Source: Azolla caroliniana (lineage: Eukaryota; Plantae; Polypodiophyta). Taken from it: DNA of 64,000 bases. The position numbers and the translations under genes are program-made. The stretch lies in contig JBHGNT010000010.1 in NCBI GenBank assembly GCA_043228905.1, positions 21,142,001 through 21,206,000 on the forward strand. The letters run 5' to 3'. How positions within the stretch are numbered: the first letter of the stretch is position 1; the number at the start of each line of letters is the position of its first letter. Below are positions 1 through 12,815 of the stretch, piece after piece. The notes under the pieces were generated by a model that saw nothing but the letters and a program-made list of their open reading frames with translations, made no database searches and was not told where the DNA came from.

Positions 1-126
1 CTGGATGAGCCCGAAATCGAGACCCGCGAAGAGAGTCTGATTTCACTCCGGTTAAGTGGACCGATTGGACGACTGAGTCGGTACGACCAGTCCGATGAAG
101 AGCTGGCGAGTAGTGGAGACTCGGCC

Positions 127-2292
127 GTGCATTCCCCGTGTAGGAAGCCGAGGAGACGACTTACGCGCAAAGAGAAAGGGAAGAAGAAGGTGTCGGATTC
201 CGGCACGGAAAGGAACGAGTCAGACCGACGCGAGTCCGACTCCGAGGGAACCGGTGACGGGTCTTTAAAGATGAAGACCGCGTCGACCGAGGAGGCCTCG
301 ACATCGGCTAATGTGAGATTATGCCGATCTACCCGCCAGAAGAATCCTGTTTTGTGGTTCGGATACAACGAGTACATGACCCGTGTAGCGGAAGTGCGTG
401 AGCCGGAGAGCTACGCAGAAGCGGCTAAAGACGCGAATTGGCGTGCCGCGATGGAGGAAGAGATGCACGCATTGGCAGAGAACGAGACCTGGGACCTGGT
501 TGATGCACCAAGAGGGGTAAAACCGATCGGGTGTAGGTGGGTGTACAAAGTCAAGTACAACACCGATGGCTCAGTCAACCGGTACAAGGCTCGGCTAGTG
601 ACAAAGGGCTACGTGTAGAAACACGACATCGACTACGATGAGACATTTGCGCGGGTCGCGAAAATGACGACCGTCCGTGTTTTGCTCGCAGTAGCCTCGG
701 CCAAGGGGTGGCACCTACATCAAATGGATGTAAAGAATGCGTTCCTACAAGGTGACCTTGAGGAACAAGTGTACATGGTACAGCCCCCCGGATTTCACTC
801 CGGAACGAACTCCTCGGCAGTATGCCGACTGAAGAAGTCCCGTTACGGACTGAAGCAAGGCTCGTGTGCCTGGAACGCGAAGATCACGCAACAACTGCGT
901 CGGATGGGCTTTGTCACGTCAAAATCGGACTCATCCCTGTTCATCCGGAAAGGTCGACTCGGACCGGTTAGTATTCTACTATATGTCGATGACTTGGTCA
1001 TCACCGGCGCTGACCTAGGTGAAATCGACCGCGTGAAGCTCCAGCTTGCGGCATCGTTCGACATGAAGGATCTGGGGGACCTTCATTACTTCCTCGGGAT
1101 CGAAGTGATTCGTACCCCTGAAGGCATATTGATCAGCCAACGTCATTACGTGCTGAGTATGCTCTTCAAATTCGGGATGGCCGACTGTAAGTCCGTCTCG
1201 ACTCCTCTAGACAGAACCGTCAAGCTTCGTCCCGATACGGGAAAGGTATGCGACCCGACGAGGTTCCGACAAATTGTCGGAAGCCTCATATACTTGACCA
1301 TCACCCGACCCGACCTCAGTTATCCGGTCGGAGTGATCAGTCAATTCATGGCGCGACCTACCGAGGAGCACCTTCAGTGTGCGCAACGCGTACTACGGTA
1401 CGTAAGTGGCACTAAGGACCGCGGACTGCTATATCGGACCGGTGCCGCCGCGCAGTTAGTCGGCTACACCGATGCTGATTGGGCTGGCCACGCCGCCGAT
1501 CGCCGATCCACGTCTGGATACGCGTTCTCCCTCGGGAGTGCCGCGATCGCGTGGAGCAGTAAGAAGCAGCCGACAGTTGCACTGTTGAGCACCGAAGCTG
1601 AGTACCGAGGAGCGGCTGTTGTGACATGCGAAGCCATATGGTTGAAGCGGCTACTTAAGGACCTGCAGGTGGAGGTGTTAGATCCGACGATGATCTACTG
1701 CGACAACCTCAACAGCATCCAGCTCGCGAAGAACCCCGTTTTCCACGCACGGACCAAGCACATTGAGGTGCACTACCATTTCGTCCGTGAGCGTGTCCTT
1801 TTTGGTGAAGTTGAACTTCAGTACGTGCCGACGGATCGGCAGACTGCCGACATCTTCACAAAGCCTCTTGGTCTGGACAAGTTGCGGCAATTCTCGGGTG
1901 CACTCGGGTTGCGTCACCTCGACGTGCCAAACTTGAGGGGGAGAACAGTCCCGAACGACCAAGCAAGGCAGCATGAAAGGAGTGGATACCGCGACACCGA
2001 GTCCGAGTCGGTTGACTCAGTTGTCGAGTTCGACTTCGGATCGGCTGAAGAAGCCGAGGGCGGACCCACGGAAAAGTCCGAAAGCGGACAGAAGGGGAGC
2101 AGTCGAAGGAGAGAGCCGAAGCCAACCATGCATGGGGGAGATGACGCAATCAAGGGCAAGAAGACCGAAGACGAGTTGGAGACAGCCAACTCGGACGAGA
2201 GAGAAAACCGATCGGAAGTAGCCGAGTCGGGTCGGATGTTTGATTCAAACACGTTGAATCAACCGAGGCCCAAGCGGAAGAAAAGGCAGTAG
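127..2292 (+). pseudogene. Copia pol RT-RNase H with an in-frame stop at 616-618 and an acidic C-terminal extension
   Basis: ORFs 127..618 and 664..2292 are in the same frame, separated by a TAG in GYV*KHDIDYDETF. Confidence 0.9.
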
Positions 2293-2472
2293 AAGAAGTG
2301 TCGACACCGCAACAACAAAAGAGCTGATAAGGGTCACATGAGCAGACAAGCCGACCGTAAGGGTCGAAGCGCGCAGAGTCGAACAGGTCGAGAAGCGCGA
2401 GCGAGCCGTGAAGTCAGGAGGAACCGAAGCTGTGAAGATCCCGAAGAGCCTCAAGTTGAGCTTAAGGGGGAG

Positions 2473-2848
2473 TGTTGAGAGACAAGCTCAACATCGGCCG
2501 GATCGGCTGAAGAAGCCGAGGACCGGATCGGCTGGGACCGATCGGTTAGGCCGTTAGGAAAGATATTCCGTGAGGAATTAATTTGGGAGTTAGTGTAGGA
2601 GCTCTTAATGAGCATTGAAGTACTGTCAGTACTCCAGTTAGTCCTTCTAGGGCTTGTACAAAGCGTTCATTGAACACATATATGTATTGTTTTCTTTGTC
2701 TTTGATAATATACAATCCTTTTGGTGTCTTCTCTCTAACTCTCTCGGTCTCTCCCGTGTATACTATGTAAGCTCAAGCTCTCCATTAAACCTGAGTGTTC
2801 TCCCTTCTGTTCTGTCTTTATACTTGCTTCCGCACGCTACTTTTTACA
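2473..2848 (+). repeat. 3' LTR of Copia (~376 bp)
   Basis: TGTTGAG...TTTTACA, directly after the PPT. Minus-strand RT homology resumes at 2849. Confidence 0.85.
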
Positions 2849-5575
2849 CCGTTTCTCATCGCAAGCTTGTTTGGAGTCAGGACGAAGCTTCTGGTTCCGG
2901 TCCAAGGGTGTAGAGACAGGTCAGCATTCTGTCATGCCGAACATGTACATCATACTCAACACATAGTGTCTTTGTGAGAGCAATATGCCGTCGGGGGTTC
3001 GGATCACCTCGATCCCAAGAAAATAATGAAGGTCCCCCATGTCCTTCATCTCAAACGCGTCCGACAACTGGGACTTGACTCGAGTCCGGATCCGGGTCCG
3101 GTGATGACTAGATCATCAACATACAACAAGATGCAAGTCGGACCGTCCGGACCTTGTCGGATGAACAACGAAGAGTCGGACTTGGAGGCCGCAAACCCCA
3201 TCTTACGCAATTGGTGCGTGATCTTCGTATTCCAAGCTCGGGGGGCTTGCTTCAGACCATAAAGTGACTTCTTCAGCTTACATACCGCCGACTTGTTTAT
3301 CTCTGTTTGGAAACCGGGGGGTTGTATCATAAAGACCTCTTCTTCAAGATCTCCTTGAAGAAATGCATTCTTCACATCCATCTGATGAAGATGCCACCCC
3401 CTTGCCGCTGCAACCGCTAGCACCACACGAACCATCGTCATCTTCACTACCGGAGCGAAGGCCTCGTCGTAGTCGATTCCGTGGGTCTGCGCATATCCCT
3501 TCGCCACTAACCGGGCCTTGTATCGGTTAACTGAACCGTTGGCGTTGTACTTTACCTTGTACACCCACTTGCATCCGATCGGTTTACTATGACGGGGAGG
3601 GTCAACTAGGTCCCATGTATCGTTGGCATCAAGTGCCAACATCTCTTCTTCCATAGCGGCACGCCAATGTGCATCCTTTGCCACTTCTGGGTAGCTCTCC
3701 GGCTCACGCACTTCCGCCACCTTGGTCATGTACGCATAGTGATGCGCCATGTACTCATTGTACCCGTACCGCTTAATAGGTTCCTTCTAGCGGGTTGACC
3801 GGCGTAACCCACCGTTACCCGGTTTGAGGCCCTTCTTGGCCGGTTCGGTCTTTGGTGCCGAAGAACCGTCATTTTCCTTTCCGGAGTCGGATCCACTCCG
3901 ATCTGATTCATTAATACCGGTTTCATAATCCGACATCTCTTCTTCCCCTTCTCTTTGCGCGTGAACCGTCTCCTCGGTTCCTTGCGTCTTCACTACTTGC
4001 CGGTTCTTCTTCTGACTAGTTGGATTGACCCAATCTCTTGTTCGGCCCACTCAACCGAAACGATTCTGGACTCTCTTCTTGAGTCCCGGATTCATCATCT
4101 TCTAATTGGGCCAGTTCAGGCTCACTAGCCTCATCCTCCAAGATCGGGTCGGGGTCAGAAGTCGGAGCTGGTAAGGCATACCATGATGCCGTCTCATCAA
4201 ACTCAACATCGCGGCTAACTCGGACTTGCTTCATCCGGGGGTTATAACACGTATACCCCTTTTGCTCATGTGAGTAGCCGACGAGGATGCACTTCTTCGA
4301 TTTTGCATCCAGCTTCCTCCGCTTCTCATCCGGCACATGCACATATGCTATGCTGCCAAAAATCCGAAGGTGTCTCAAATTCGGCTTGCACCCGAAATAC
4401 AGCTCATGCGCGGACACCTTGTCACCAATCCGGCTTTGGATGTAGACGGCCATCCGGATGGCCTCTGCCCAGTAGAAATGGGGCATGCTCTTCTCTTCCA
4501 GCATTGCCCTTGCCGCGTCGACAAGCGACCGATTCTTCCTTTCGGCCACACCTTTTTGCTCCGGTGTGTATCTGCAGCTAAACTCTCTCCGAATTCCTGT
4601 TTGCTGCAGGTAACTAATGAATTGGCCGGAGAAATATTCTTTTCCGCCATCTGACCGCAGGCACTTGATCTTCCTCTCTGATTCCCGTTCCACCAAGCTC
4701 TGGAGGTTCCGGAAACAGTCGAAGACTTCGCTCTTCCGCTCAATGAGGTAGATCCATGTGTGCCGACTATAGTCGTCGATGAAGGAGACGAAGTATCGAC
4801 TCCCGCCAAGACTCACGTTCTATACCAGTCCCCATACATTCGAATTAATAAGGTCGAGTTTGTTACGACTACGGTTTTGTTCGGCGGGGAATGGAAGCTG
4901 GTGTTGCTTCCTGAGTTGGCAGGCTTCACATACTTGGGCCTTTCGGCCACTAAACTTCGGCAAATCGAAAACAACTTGTTTCATCTACACGTCTTGAAGC
5001 CTTCAGTAATTGACGTGGCCGATCCACTTGTGCCACAGGTTGATGTCCGATTCGACCCTCTGTCCTTTGGCGAACAAGGCGGTGCCGACGTCATTGGTGT
5101 TGAGGATGAACATCCTCCCATCTCTGCGCCCTTGCGCGCTAATATGGCCCTCCTCGATGAAGCACCCAAGGTGCGTAAACCGCACCTGCATTCCCTAGTC
5201 GATGATCTATCCGACCGACACCAGGTACTTTGTGATAGTCGGAATGTGTAATACGTTCATCAGCTTCCCCCTCTGTCTGACGTGGCTCAGGGGAACTTCT
5301 CCGACATGCACGATTGGGTCAGGAGTGTCGTCTTCGGTTTCGACAACTCCCGGTTGTTCCGGTTTCACCAAGAAGGAGAACCACTCTTTGTGGTTTGTCA
5401 TGTGATTTGACGCACCGGAATCAACGTACCACACTTCCTCCGATTTGGAAGTGGTCTTCTCCATCGAGTTAGCCTCATGTTTCATCACCAAGGCTGGCCC
5501 ATTACCAGTCTTCCCGGTTCTAGATCCTTTCGATCCCTGCGCGTAGTGCGAGCTTTGAAGGTTCTCCTGACCGGT
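2849..5575 (-). mobile_element. Ty1/Copia pol remnant (protease, GAG-pre-integrase, integrase, RT N-terminal half); same subfamily as 29784-34419
   Basis: WYVDSGASNHM (protease), LWHKWIGH, LRSDGGKEY/GVAERKNR (rve integrase) and the RT ORF 3046..3750. Several stops and frameshifts. Confidence 0.92.
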
Positions 5576-6809
5576 TTTGCCGATGCAACCCACTGGTCGA
5601 GGCCGTGTAGTCCCCGGCTCTTCCAACATCCTCCATATGCCTGCAGGAGCGCCTCTTCGAAGGCCTCCCACGAACTATGAGCTTCTCAGAGCACCTTCAC
5701 TTCCGCGTGCATACGGACGATGATGACCTGACAGAAGAACTCCAACCTCAACGCCTCGTCTACGTCTCGCTCCTCCATCTCCGCATTGTAGGCTTCCAAG
5801 TAGAATGGGATCTCGTCCCCGTTGAAACGGCCGACTCTTTCGACCACCCGCTCAACAACTTGCTACGCCGTCTCTCTTCTTGTTGTTGCTCGTCCAAACT
5901 CCCTCACCGCTTCGACAAAAAGTTGTGCGAAGTCGTCTTCTTCCAACTCCATTCTCCCTTGCCACCCTTTCACGTTGGGTTCACCAAATATGTTGCGTTA
6001 TTACGCACGTGCGTGTGAAAGGGGCGGGACCACGAGGGTCTCGGACGAGGGAGAAAAGGGATGCCAAGAATATTGACACCGGACACGACCCAGATGCACC
6101 CGAACACGAGAGTGAGAGAGAGAGAGAAGAGGGAGAGCATGCGCGCGACACCGACTCTTTTGTACAGGGAGCAAGAGGTTGTGCTCCTGACACCACCAAA
6201 TACACCAACATGCACAACAGATCTGAGTACATATATTACAAGTGAAATAATACAACCCTGGCTTCGAGCCGGACCAAGGTAGGTTACAACCACAATCGGT
6301 TGCCAAGCCGCCGGTCGGGGAGCTCACGGGCTGTCGCGCCGAGCGGGGTCTTGCATAGAAGACCGAGCAGAAGCAAACCTCCAAAGGGGAAAGATACAAC
6401 CATGACCGCGAGCCGGCTACGCTCAGAAGAAGAGAAGTTAACCTATCAACTTTGCCGCCATAGCTGCCGCCCGACTTCTCGAGAAGGAGAAGAAGAAGAA
6501 GAAGAAGAAAATAATGTAGCTAACCCTAGAAAAGAAAGCACAAAATGGTATACCCTTACGACTCAAAATGGGCAACCCCTTCACAAAGGGTGCTCCCTTC
6601 CTTTTATAGAACAAGGAGAGGGATGCGTAACAATGTGGGATAAATCCCTTATTACATGGGATCCTCTGTCCCGAATTAACTACTGTCCAGTGCCATGATG
6701 GCACCCCTATCATTTACACAATTTGTAGAAGGGTGAGTGCAAATGCTCCACCCCGCCGATTCTTCCGATATTCTCCAATTTCTCACTGTGGCCCAAAATC
6801 TTCACGACA
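5576..6809 (-). mobile_element. tRNA-Trp-primed Gypsy, 5' end (LTR 5991-6809, PBS, gag N-terminus); same subfamily as element A
   Basis: On the minus strand the LTR reads TGTCGTGAAG...AACGCAACA, followed by PBS TGGTGAACCCAACGTGAA. The gag reads VGRFNGDEIPFYLEAYNAEM, like 35402..35656 and 59466. Confidence 0.85.
5969..5986 (-). promoter_or_regulatory. Primer binding site complementary to the 3' end of plant tRNA-Trp
   Basis: The plus strand reads TTCACGTTGGGTTCACCA; plant tRNA-Trp ends ...TTCACGTCGGGTTCACCA (recalled sequence). Confidence 0.85.
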
Positions 6810-7430
6810 ACGCGATAGTCCCTCCCCGACGGCTATAAAGAGGAAGGAGAGAAGGATGAAAGGGGGGGGGGGCTTTGACGAGGACGAAGTGTTGTCGGAT
6901 TGGGAACTGAGCATTCTTCTCTTCATTCGCGTTGATCTCTGCAGATTTTGGTCGGTCGCCTCTACTCGCGAGAGAAGCCCGAGTGCTTCTAGCAGGAGCT
7001 CCACTACGTGTTTCGGGTGTGTGTGCGTGCGTGTGTGTTTCGTTGGTCACTGTTGTGCCGATTGTAATCTTGGGAGCATTGTAATCACTTATTAGGTTGA
7101 GTAGATTCTATGAGTTGTCGTCTCCCGGTGTATCTGTGTGCTCTCTAACTCGTTGTTGTCTTGTAACTGGTTGGGAGCGTGCCCTTGGCTGTTCTTTGTA
7201 CGATGTCGTGTTTTCGGTGAGCCGGTGAGAGCTAGTTGTGTTTTCGTTTGGTCCGGTGAGCACTGCATACCGGTAACGGGACTTGCCGGCCCTCGTTTAG
7301 CCACTTGTCTATAGCCGCTAATCGCCGGCTCACCACTTCCGCTCTCTTTCCCTCTCTGTTTCGTGCACTCCTCGATCTAGGGCCCCCGTGGTCCCGCCTT
7401 AGTTTCCCACGCAAGTGTAACGACACGACA
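6810..7430 (+). repeat. Distal part of a Trp-family Gypsy LTR (3' or solo LTR) inserted in chromovirus gag
   Basis: TATA CTATAAAG at ~6833, the family U5 motif GTGGTCCCGCC, and an end at ...CACGACA with no PBS after it. Similar to 58940-59422. Confidence 0.75.
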
Positions 7431-7853
7431 ACGCTATGCAAGTCAATAAGGTGCCCACTAACCTGACTCGTGATTCATCTGTCGAATAACGCGTGGGATG
7501 CATTTGGATTACCAACCGCACTTGATTCAAGAAACCTCGGAAATGCGCCCTTGAACCATCGAATTTAGCTGGGAGACTGATTTTGGGCTCCTTAATACTT
7601 CCTTGACCTTCGACCCTTTGTTGTTGTAAAATTACAATTGTTGATTCTAATTGTTGCAATCGTCGGGTAAACTCTTCTTCTTGTTGTTGCTTCTCAACAG
7701 TAACCTTTTGTAGATCCCCAAGAAGACGTTGATTCTCTAATTCAAGAGATGCGAACTTGGATTTAATATTCTCCATTTCTATAATAAGGGTGAGATATTC
7801 TTCCGAGTTTATGGCAACCATGTTTTGTGATGTTTATAGAGGAGGATAAGGGA

Positions 7854-8017
7854 GAGATAGATAGATAGATAGATTATATTATCGTCTTCGGAGGTCAAAT
7901 ATGACCTATGAGACCAAAAATATTACATTTCACGTGATATGTGTGAAAGTGAGTAGTGACTCTCGATGTTCAAGAAATTTACCAATGAATGTTGCAATCG
8001 AGAGTGCACATTGTGGT

Positions 8018-8025
<8 letters not shown>
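7854..8025 (-). mobile_element. 5'-truncated 3' end of the RTE-like LINE at 19285-22153, sitting in a (GA)n tract
   Basis: Near-identical reverse complement of ~21982-22153, including the (TATC)n tail. Confidence 0.9.
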
Positions 8026-8067
<42 letters not shown>

Positions 8068-8421
8068 TGAATCAAACTGTTAGAACCAAGAGAAAAGATA
8101 GAGTGGTAGACGAAAGATGTAAAGAGATAACAAGAAGAGAGGAATGAAGTGATAAGAGAAAAATGAATGTATTAGTAAGATAGAATGAAGATGGATACAA
8201 GACAGGTGACGAAAGCTTAAGATTGGTGTTGATTCGAATTGGTTTGAGAAGAATTGTGTGTCCATATTTATAGGTTCCTATAGAATAGCCTAGGGATTTC
8301 TATAATGGTCTAGACCTAGAATATCCTAAGATGTTCTAGGATATTCTAGAATGTTCCAAAACATTTATAATAATCAATCTATTACAAGAAGTAGCTTTTA
8401 TTATTTTATATAATCATATGT

Positions 8422-8475
8422 TATCCTAATGGTTAGGTTCTTAATTATGTATTACAAGGTCTTGGGTTCAAGTCC
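8422..8475 (+). promoter_or_regulatory. tRNA-like A-box/B-box in the LTR of a second chromovirus
   Basis: TATCCTAATGG...AAGGTCTTGGGTTCAAGTCC, with boxes starting 43 nt apart. Confidence 0.6.
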
Positions 8476-8508
8476 ACGTGAAGCCATGATGCTTATGTAT
8501 TCATGACA

Positions 8509-10757
8509 CCGGTCCATCTCCTCATTTCCAGCATGTTAATGCTTTCCGCATACAATGGCGTTAATTCTTTGCTTGCGCCCGTTCATGGTTGTGTCGGCAC
8601 TCACACCTTTGCTTTGCCTCTCCAAAACGTGATGGTATTTTTCTGCCAATTTTGTTTTATATGAGCCATCCGTAGCCATGATCTTCCTAGCCACAAGGGA
8701 TATGCTCCTTGTGCATTTAATTACAGAACCACTGCGGATATCCGGAATGCATGTCCGTTGATTGTGACCTCCAAATCCCGGATCAGTCCAGTTGGCCATA
8801 CCAAACTAGTATTTGCCATCCGGAGCCAAAATGGACATGGTTCCCATTCTCATATTCGCAACGTGTCACATGTGTGTTTCCTAATGACGTTCACTCCCGA
8901 TCTGCCATCCACTATTGTTCTAGGTACTTCCCGTCCTTTAACGATGACCGTAATTGCCAAGCTGCTTGTATCCACGACCATCAATCCTTCTTCCAGGTTG
9001 GAAAAGAAAGTTGGAGTTGGCGCAAAGTGTGGCGATGCCAATACCGATTTTAGTCCGTCGGTGAATCAAGGGACTAATTGTAATAGCTGGCCCAATGGTA
9101 GCGTAATCTGGCAGTCCTGTAATGCTTGCCACGTTGGGTCCTCGTCCATGGTCTTTGTCAGTTCATTCAGGGGTTTCATTTGTTCTCATAATTCGGTCAC
9201 GTTCCTTTCATTGGCCTTCTCTATCCATTTGGTGGCCTGTTTCCAGATGACTTCCTGAGCCTCCTATTCTGACGTTTTTCCTTTTGATCGGATTGTGACT
9301 TGCTTAATGTCTACAACCTCCGCAATCACCATATTCACTGCCTGTTGTTTGTCGTTTGTCTTGACCAGACATTGACTGCTATAGTGTCCTTCTTGCCGGC
9401 AATAGTAGCAATACACTTCTTGTATGCTACTAGACGAGTCTGCTTTTTCCGGGTTACCCGATTGAATGTCGGGTATCGCTCGGTTGGGCTCCTCTATTCT
9501 CCGTTGCTCTGATTGGGAACCGGTTGTGTTTCTATCTCTGTCTCGTCGAAAGTTTCTTCTTCGGTTGTAGTGCTGGTTATTCCAATATCCTTGCTAGTTT
9601 GCATACTCCCCTCTTTGGTCATCCCTCCACGTCTGGGTCATCCCGGTATTTCGAAGACTAGTATGGCATGGTGTCGTCGTCTATCAGTTCTGCTTGAGGC
9701 GGTGTCGGTACTCGCTCCCCCTGTTTCTTTGGTGACTTGGGTGGTGGTGTTCGAGCCCGTTCCTCCTGAGTCTCCGATTGGTTGTGTGGTGGTGTAGGCA
9801 CTTGCTCATTCGTTTCTTTCCCTTGCTTGTCCGAACTTGTTTCGTTGACCGGGGATGCCAGTTTTGTCATTTCCGGTTTTGGCGTCGGTATGTTTTCCAA
9901 ATTGTCATCGTCCATGCCTTCCAAGGTGTCATGACTACATCGATAATTGGAATGAACACTGTGTTCCCCGTCTGAATTCATTCAATAGACGAGAACGCTC
10001 TCGAATCTCCCTCGCCCGCCGCGAGGGTTTGCAGGATGGATTCTGCGTCCCGCAAACTGCTCAAACTGCTTCCTTCGTCTGGGTATGGAGTTTGTTGTAA
10101 CCGGAATGACTCCTCTACGACCCGCCAAATCACACTAGAAAAAGACCGATTGGATCGGATCTCCTCAGTTGCTTGCTAGTAAGCCTCTCACTTCCGCAGT
10201 CTCTCGACTAGTCTTCTTGCTGGTTCGGCAATTGGATCGTTTGTTGGTCTAGTCATCCATTCCCCCATCGTTCACTGCTTGCTGCCGTAATTGTGGTCGC
10301 CAATATTGTGTTAACTCCTAGGCTGGACTTGCCTCTAACACAAGGTGTCCTTTCGGATCACTTCACCAAAGGGTGGTTATGGTTAAGGGATTCAACACTA
10401 ACAACTATGACCAGTTATCTTCCGGTTCGGTGTCCAGAATCACAACACACATAGATTACACGTGTAAGATTCATACATTGAGCGCAGAACGAAATAGAAA
10501 CATAAAGATGAACAGGATAACAATAACAAAACTCTCTTATATTAATATTCCATCCCCTTAATACATTGACACCCAAATCCTTTTATAGGCATTTGGTTCT
10601 CTGCTACAAAACGATGCATAACCGGCCATCGGCTACGAACCGGTCCGGATCCATCCGTTCCTATAATAATTCTTAACTATTAATAATATTTATTATCATA
10701 TCCGGAAACCGTCTCGTCCCTTTCCCTATCACATACTTTGGCCGCCAATCGCCAACA
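8509..10757 (-). mobile_element. Non-chromovirus Gypsy (Tat/Athila-like) 5' remnant: LTR 10307-10757, tRNA-Arg PBS, degenerate gag-protease
   Basis: PBS TGGCGACCACA (10292-10302) matches the plant tRNA-Arg(UCG) 3' end as recalled. Protease-like IVDGRSGVNVI in 8850..9041. Copia RT resumes exactly at 10758. Confidence 0.7.
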
Positions 10758-12280
10758 CGGACTAAAGTAGGCTCCCCGGCAATGGTACCGGAAGTTCGAA
10801 TCCTTCATCGCCAACCAAGGGTACCACAAAACGCAGGCCGACCATTGCGTGTTTTTTTTATTTTTCATAAAAACATATCCTTCCATTAGTTTTAAAATAC
10901 ATATCAACTACAAAATACAAATTGATGGAAAGGCCGACCATTGCGTGTTTGTGAAGAAGTTCGAGGGAGGAGATCTCCTCATTCTCCTGTTGTACGTGAA
11001 CAACATGTTGATTGCGGGAAGGAACCATATGAAGATATGAATGCTGAAGAAGGCTTTGAGTAGGTCATTCTCGACGAAAGATATGGGTCCGGCAAGGCAA
11101 ATCTTGGGGATGCACATTTTTTGGGACTGGACAAAGAAGTTATTGTGGTTGTCCCAAGAAAAAAAATACATGACAAAGGTGCTCCAAAGATTCGGGCCCA
11201 TGGAAAGCGGTCAATTCGACACCCCCCGACAAATAGTAAGCTATCTGGGACACAATGTCCAAAGATGAAGATAGATAAAGTTGAGATTATGAAGGTGCCC
11301 TATGCTTCAACAGTCGGAAGCCTAATGTACATGATGGTATGTACCAGGCCAGACATTAGATATGTAGTCGGAGTTGTTAGCCGATTCATGAGCAATCTCG
11401 GAAAAGAGCATTGGGTTGCGGTGAAATAGATACTTTGGTATCTGAGAGGCACCTCGAGCATGTGTCTCCGATTCGACCCAGGTAACCCCATGTTAGTAGG
11501 TTTCGCCGACTCGAACATGTCGGCTGATGTAGATACCAGTCAGTCCACATCCAGGTATGTCATGACTTATGCAGGGGGGGCCGTCTCGTGACAGTCGTGG
11601 TTGTAGAAGGCTGGGGCGTTGTTGACCACAGAAGCCGAGTATAGGGCAGTTGTAGAAGCTGACAAAGAGATCATTTGGATGAAGGGGTTTATTAGAGAGT
11701 TGGGAATTCGACAAGATGAATTTTGACTCTACTGTGACAACCAGAGTGCAATCCACCTTGCGAAGAATGCGGCCTACCACTCAAGGACCCTGCACATCCA
11801 GAGGAGATATCATTGGCTTCGAGAATGAGTAGAAGAAAAGGATTTTGTTTTGATGAAGATCCATATAGTGGAGAATGGATCTGACATGATGACGAAGGTG
11901 TTGTCGGCAAAGAAGCAAGATGCATGTCGGAGTCGGGTCAGACTGATGAACCCCCATTCCGGAATGAAGCGGGAGTTTGTTGAGAAATAGGTCCCTTCCG
12001 GATGGGTTGAACACCGGATGGGTTGAACTCCAGATAAGAGAGATACGAGTTGGATTAGATGTCACCGATCCGGAATAAGATAAGAGTCTAGATAGGTATC
12101 CGGTAAATATGACACATTTGTAAATAGGTTTTAGTAACGCGCCTATTAGGGTCAATTTTTAGTTGAAAAGTTATCTAACTATAAAGATAACTAGGGCAAA
12201 ACTTTATGTATGTGATGTTCATCGTGAGTAACTGTATAGCGTGTGTGCCAGGTCATTGCCTCTACTATAGAAATCATAGC

Positions 12281-12341
<61 letters not shown>

Positions 12342-12585
12342 TGAGTGCTCTAGCATCTCTGATTGTAACCACATGTGGTCGAAGCAAATGAACTCAAGGT
12401 TGGTGCTTGTGGGTTGACTCTGTATTTCCTCTCATAGTGATTTGTTCGGAGTCTGAGGGCTCCCGTGGTTTTTTACCCAGTTAGGGGTTTTCCACGTTAA
12501 TATCTTGCGTGCAACATTTTTTGGTTTTGCTCTGCTTTGCTTGTTTCCCCCTTCTCGGTTGTGGTTGAGTCCCATTTTTCGAACA
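10758..12585 (+). mobile_element. Tork/Tnt1-like Copia RT-RNase H remnant with 3' LTR (11978-12585)
   Basis: GLK*APRQWYRKFESF, KDMGPARQILGM and VPYASTVGSLMYMMVCTRPDI. PPT GAAGCGGGAG, then LTR TGTTGAG...CGAACA. Confidence 0.88.
10855..10930 (-). mobile_element. 76-bp poly(A)-tailed non-LTR retroposon fragment with a 20-bp TSD
   Basis: AGGCCGACCATTGCGTGTTT occurs at 10835-10854 and 10931-10950, flanking an insert that starts with a T-tract. Confidence 0.85.
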
Positions 12586-12815
12586 AGTTATGTAATGGAT
12601 GAGAAAACAAACAAGAAAATAGGCACAACCATAGCCCCCAAGAAACTTAGGTGTGACCCAAAAATAAATGTGTTATAGACAAGTCGCGATAGAGATAGGA
12701 GAACGAAATTTAATATAACATTAAGAATGATTACTCGCATTACTAACATAGATCTCCTAAAAGAGAAAGCCCATTATATACTTACAAATATACAATCATG
12801 TGCAAGTATGCCTGT

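Larger units (their letters stand above)
1..2848 (+). mobile_element. Ty1/Copia LTR retrotransposon, 3' part (INT-RT linker, RT, RNase H, C-terminal extension, PPT, 3' LTR)
   Basis: Copia motifs [30 protein letters not shown] and TKHIEVHYHFVRE. PPT AAGGGGGAG at 2464-2472, then LTR TG(2473)...CA(2848). It interrupts the RT of a minus-strand Copia. Confidence 0.93.
7431..8508 (-). mobile_element. Tcn1-like chromovirus, 5' end (LTR 8078-8508, self-priming PBS, gag N-terminus 7431-7821)
   Basis: The gag KEPKISLPAKFDGSRAHFRGFLNQVRLVIQMHP is homologous to 50295..51452. The LTR has TG...CA termini. Confidence 0.88.

Noticed and set aside
1930-2460. env-like gene in Copia
   Set aside because: The extension is hydrophilic, in frame with pol, and has no transmembrane segment.
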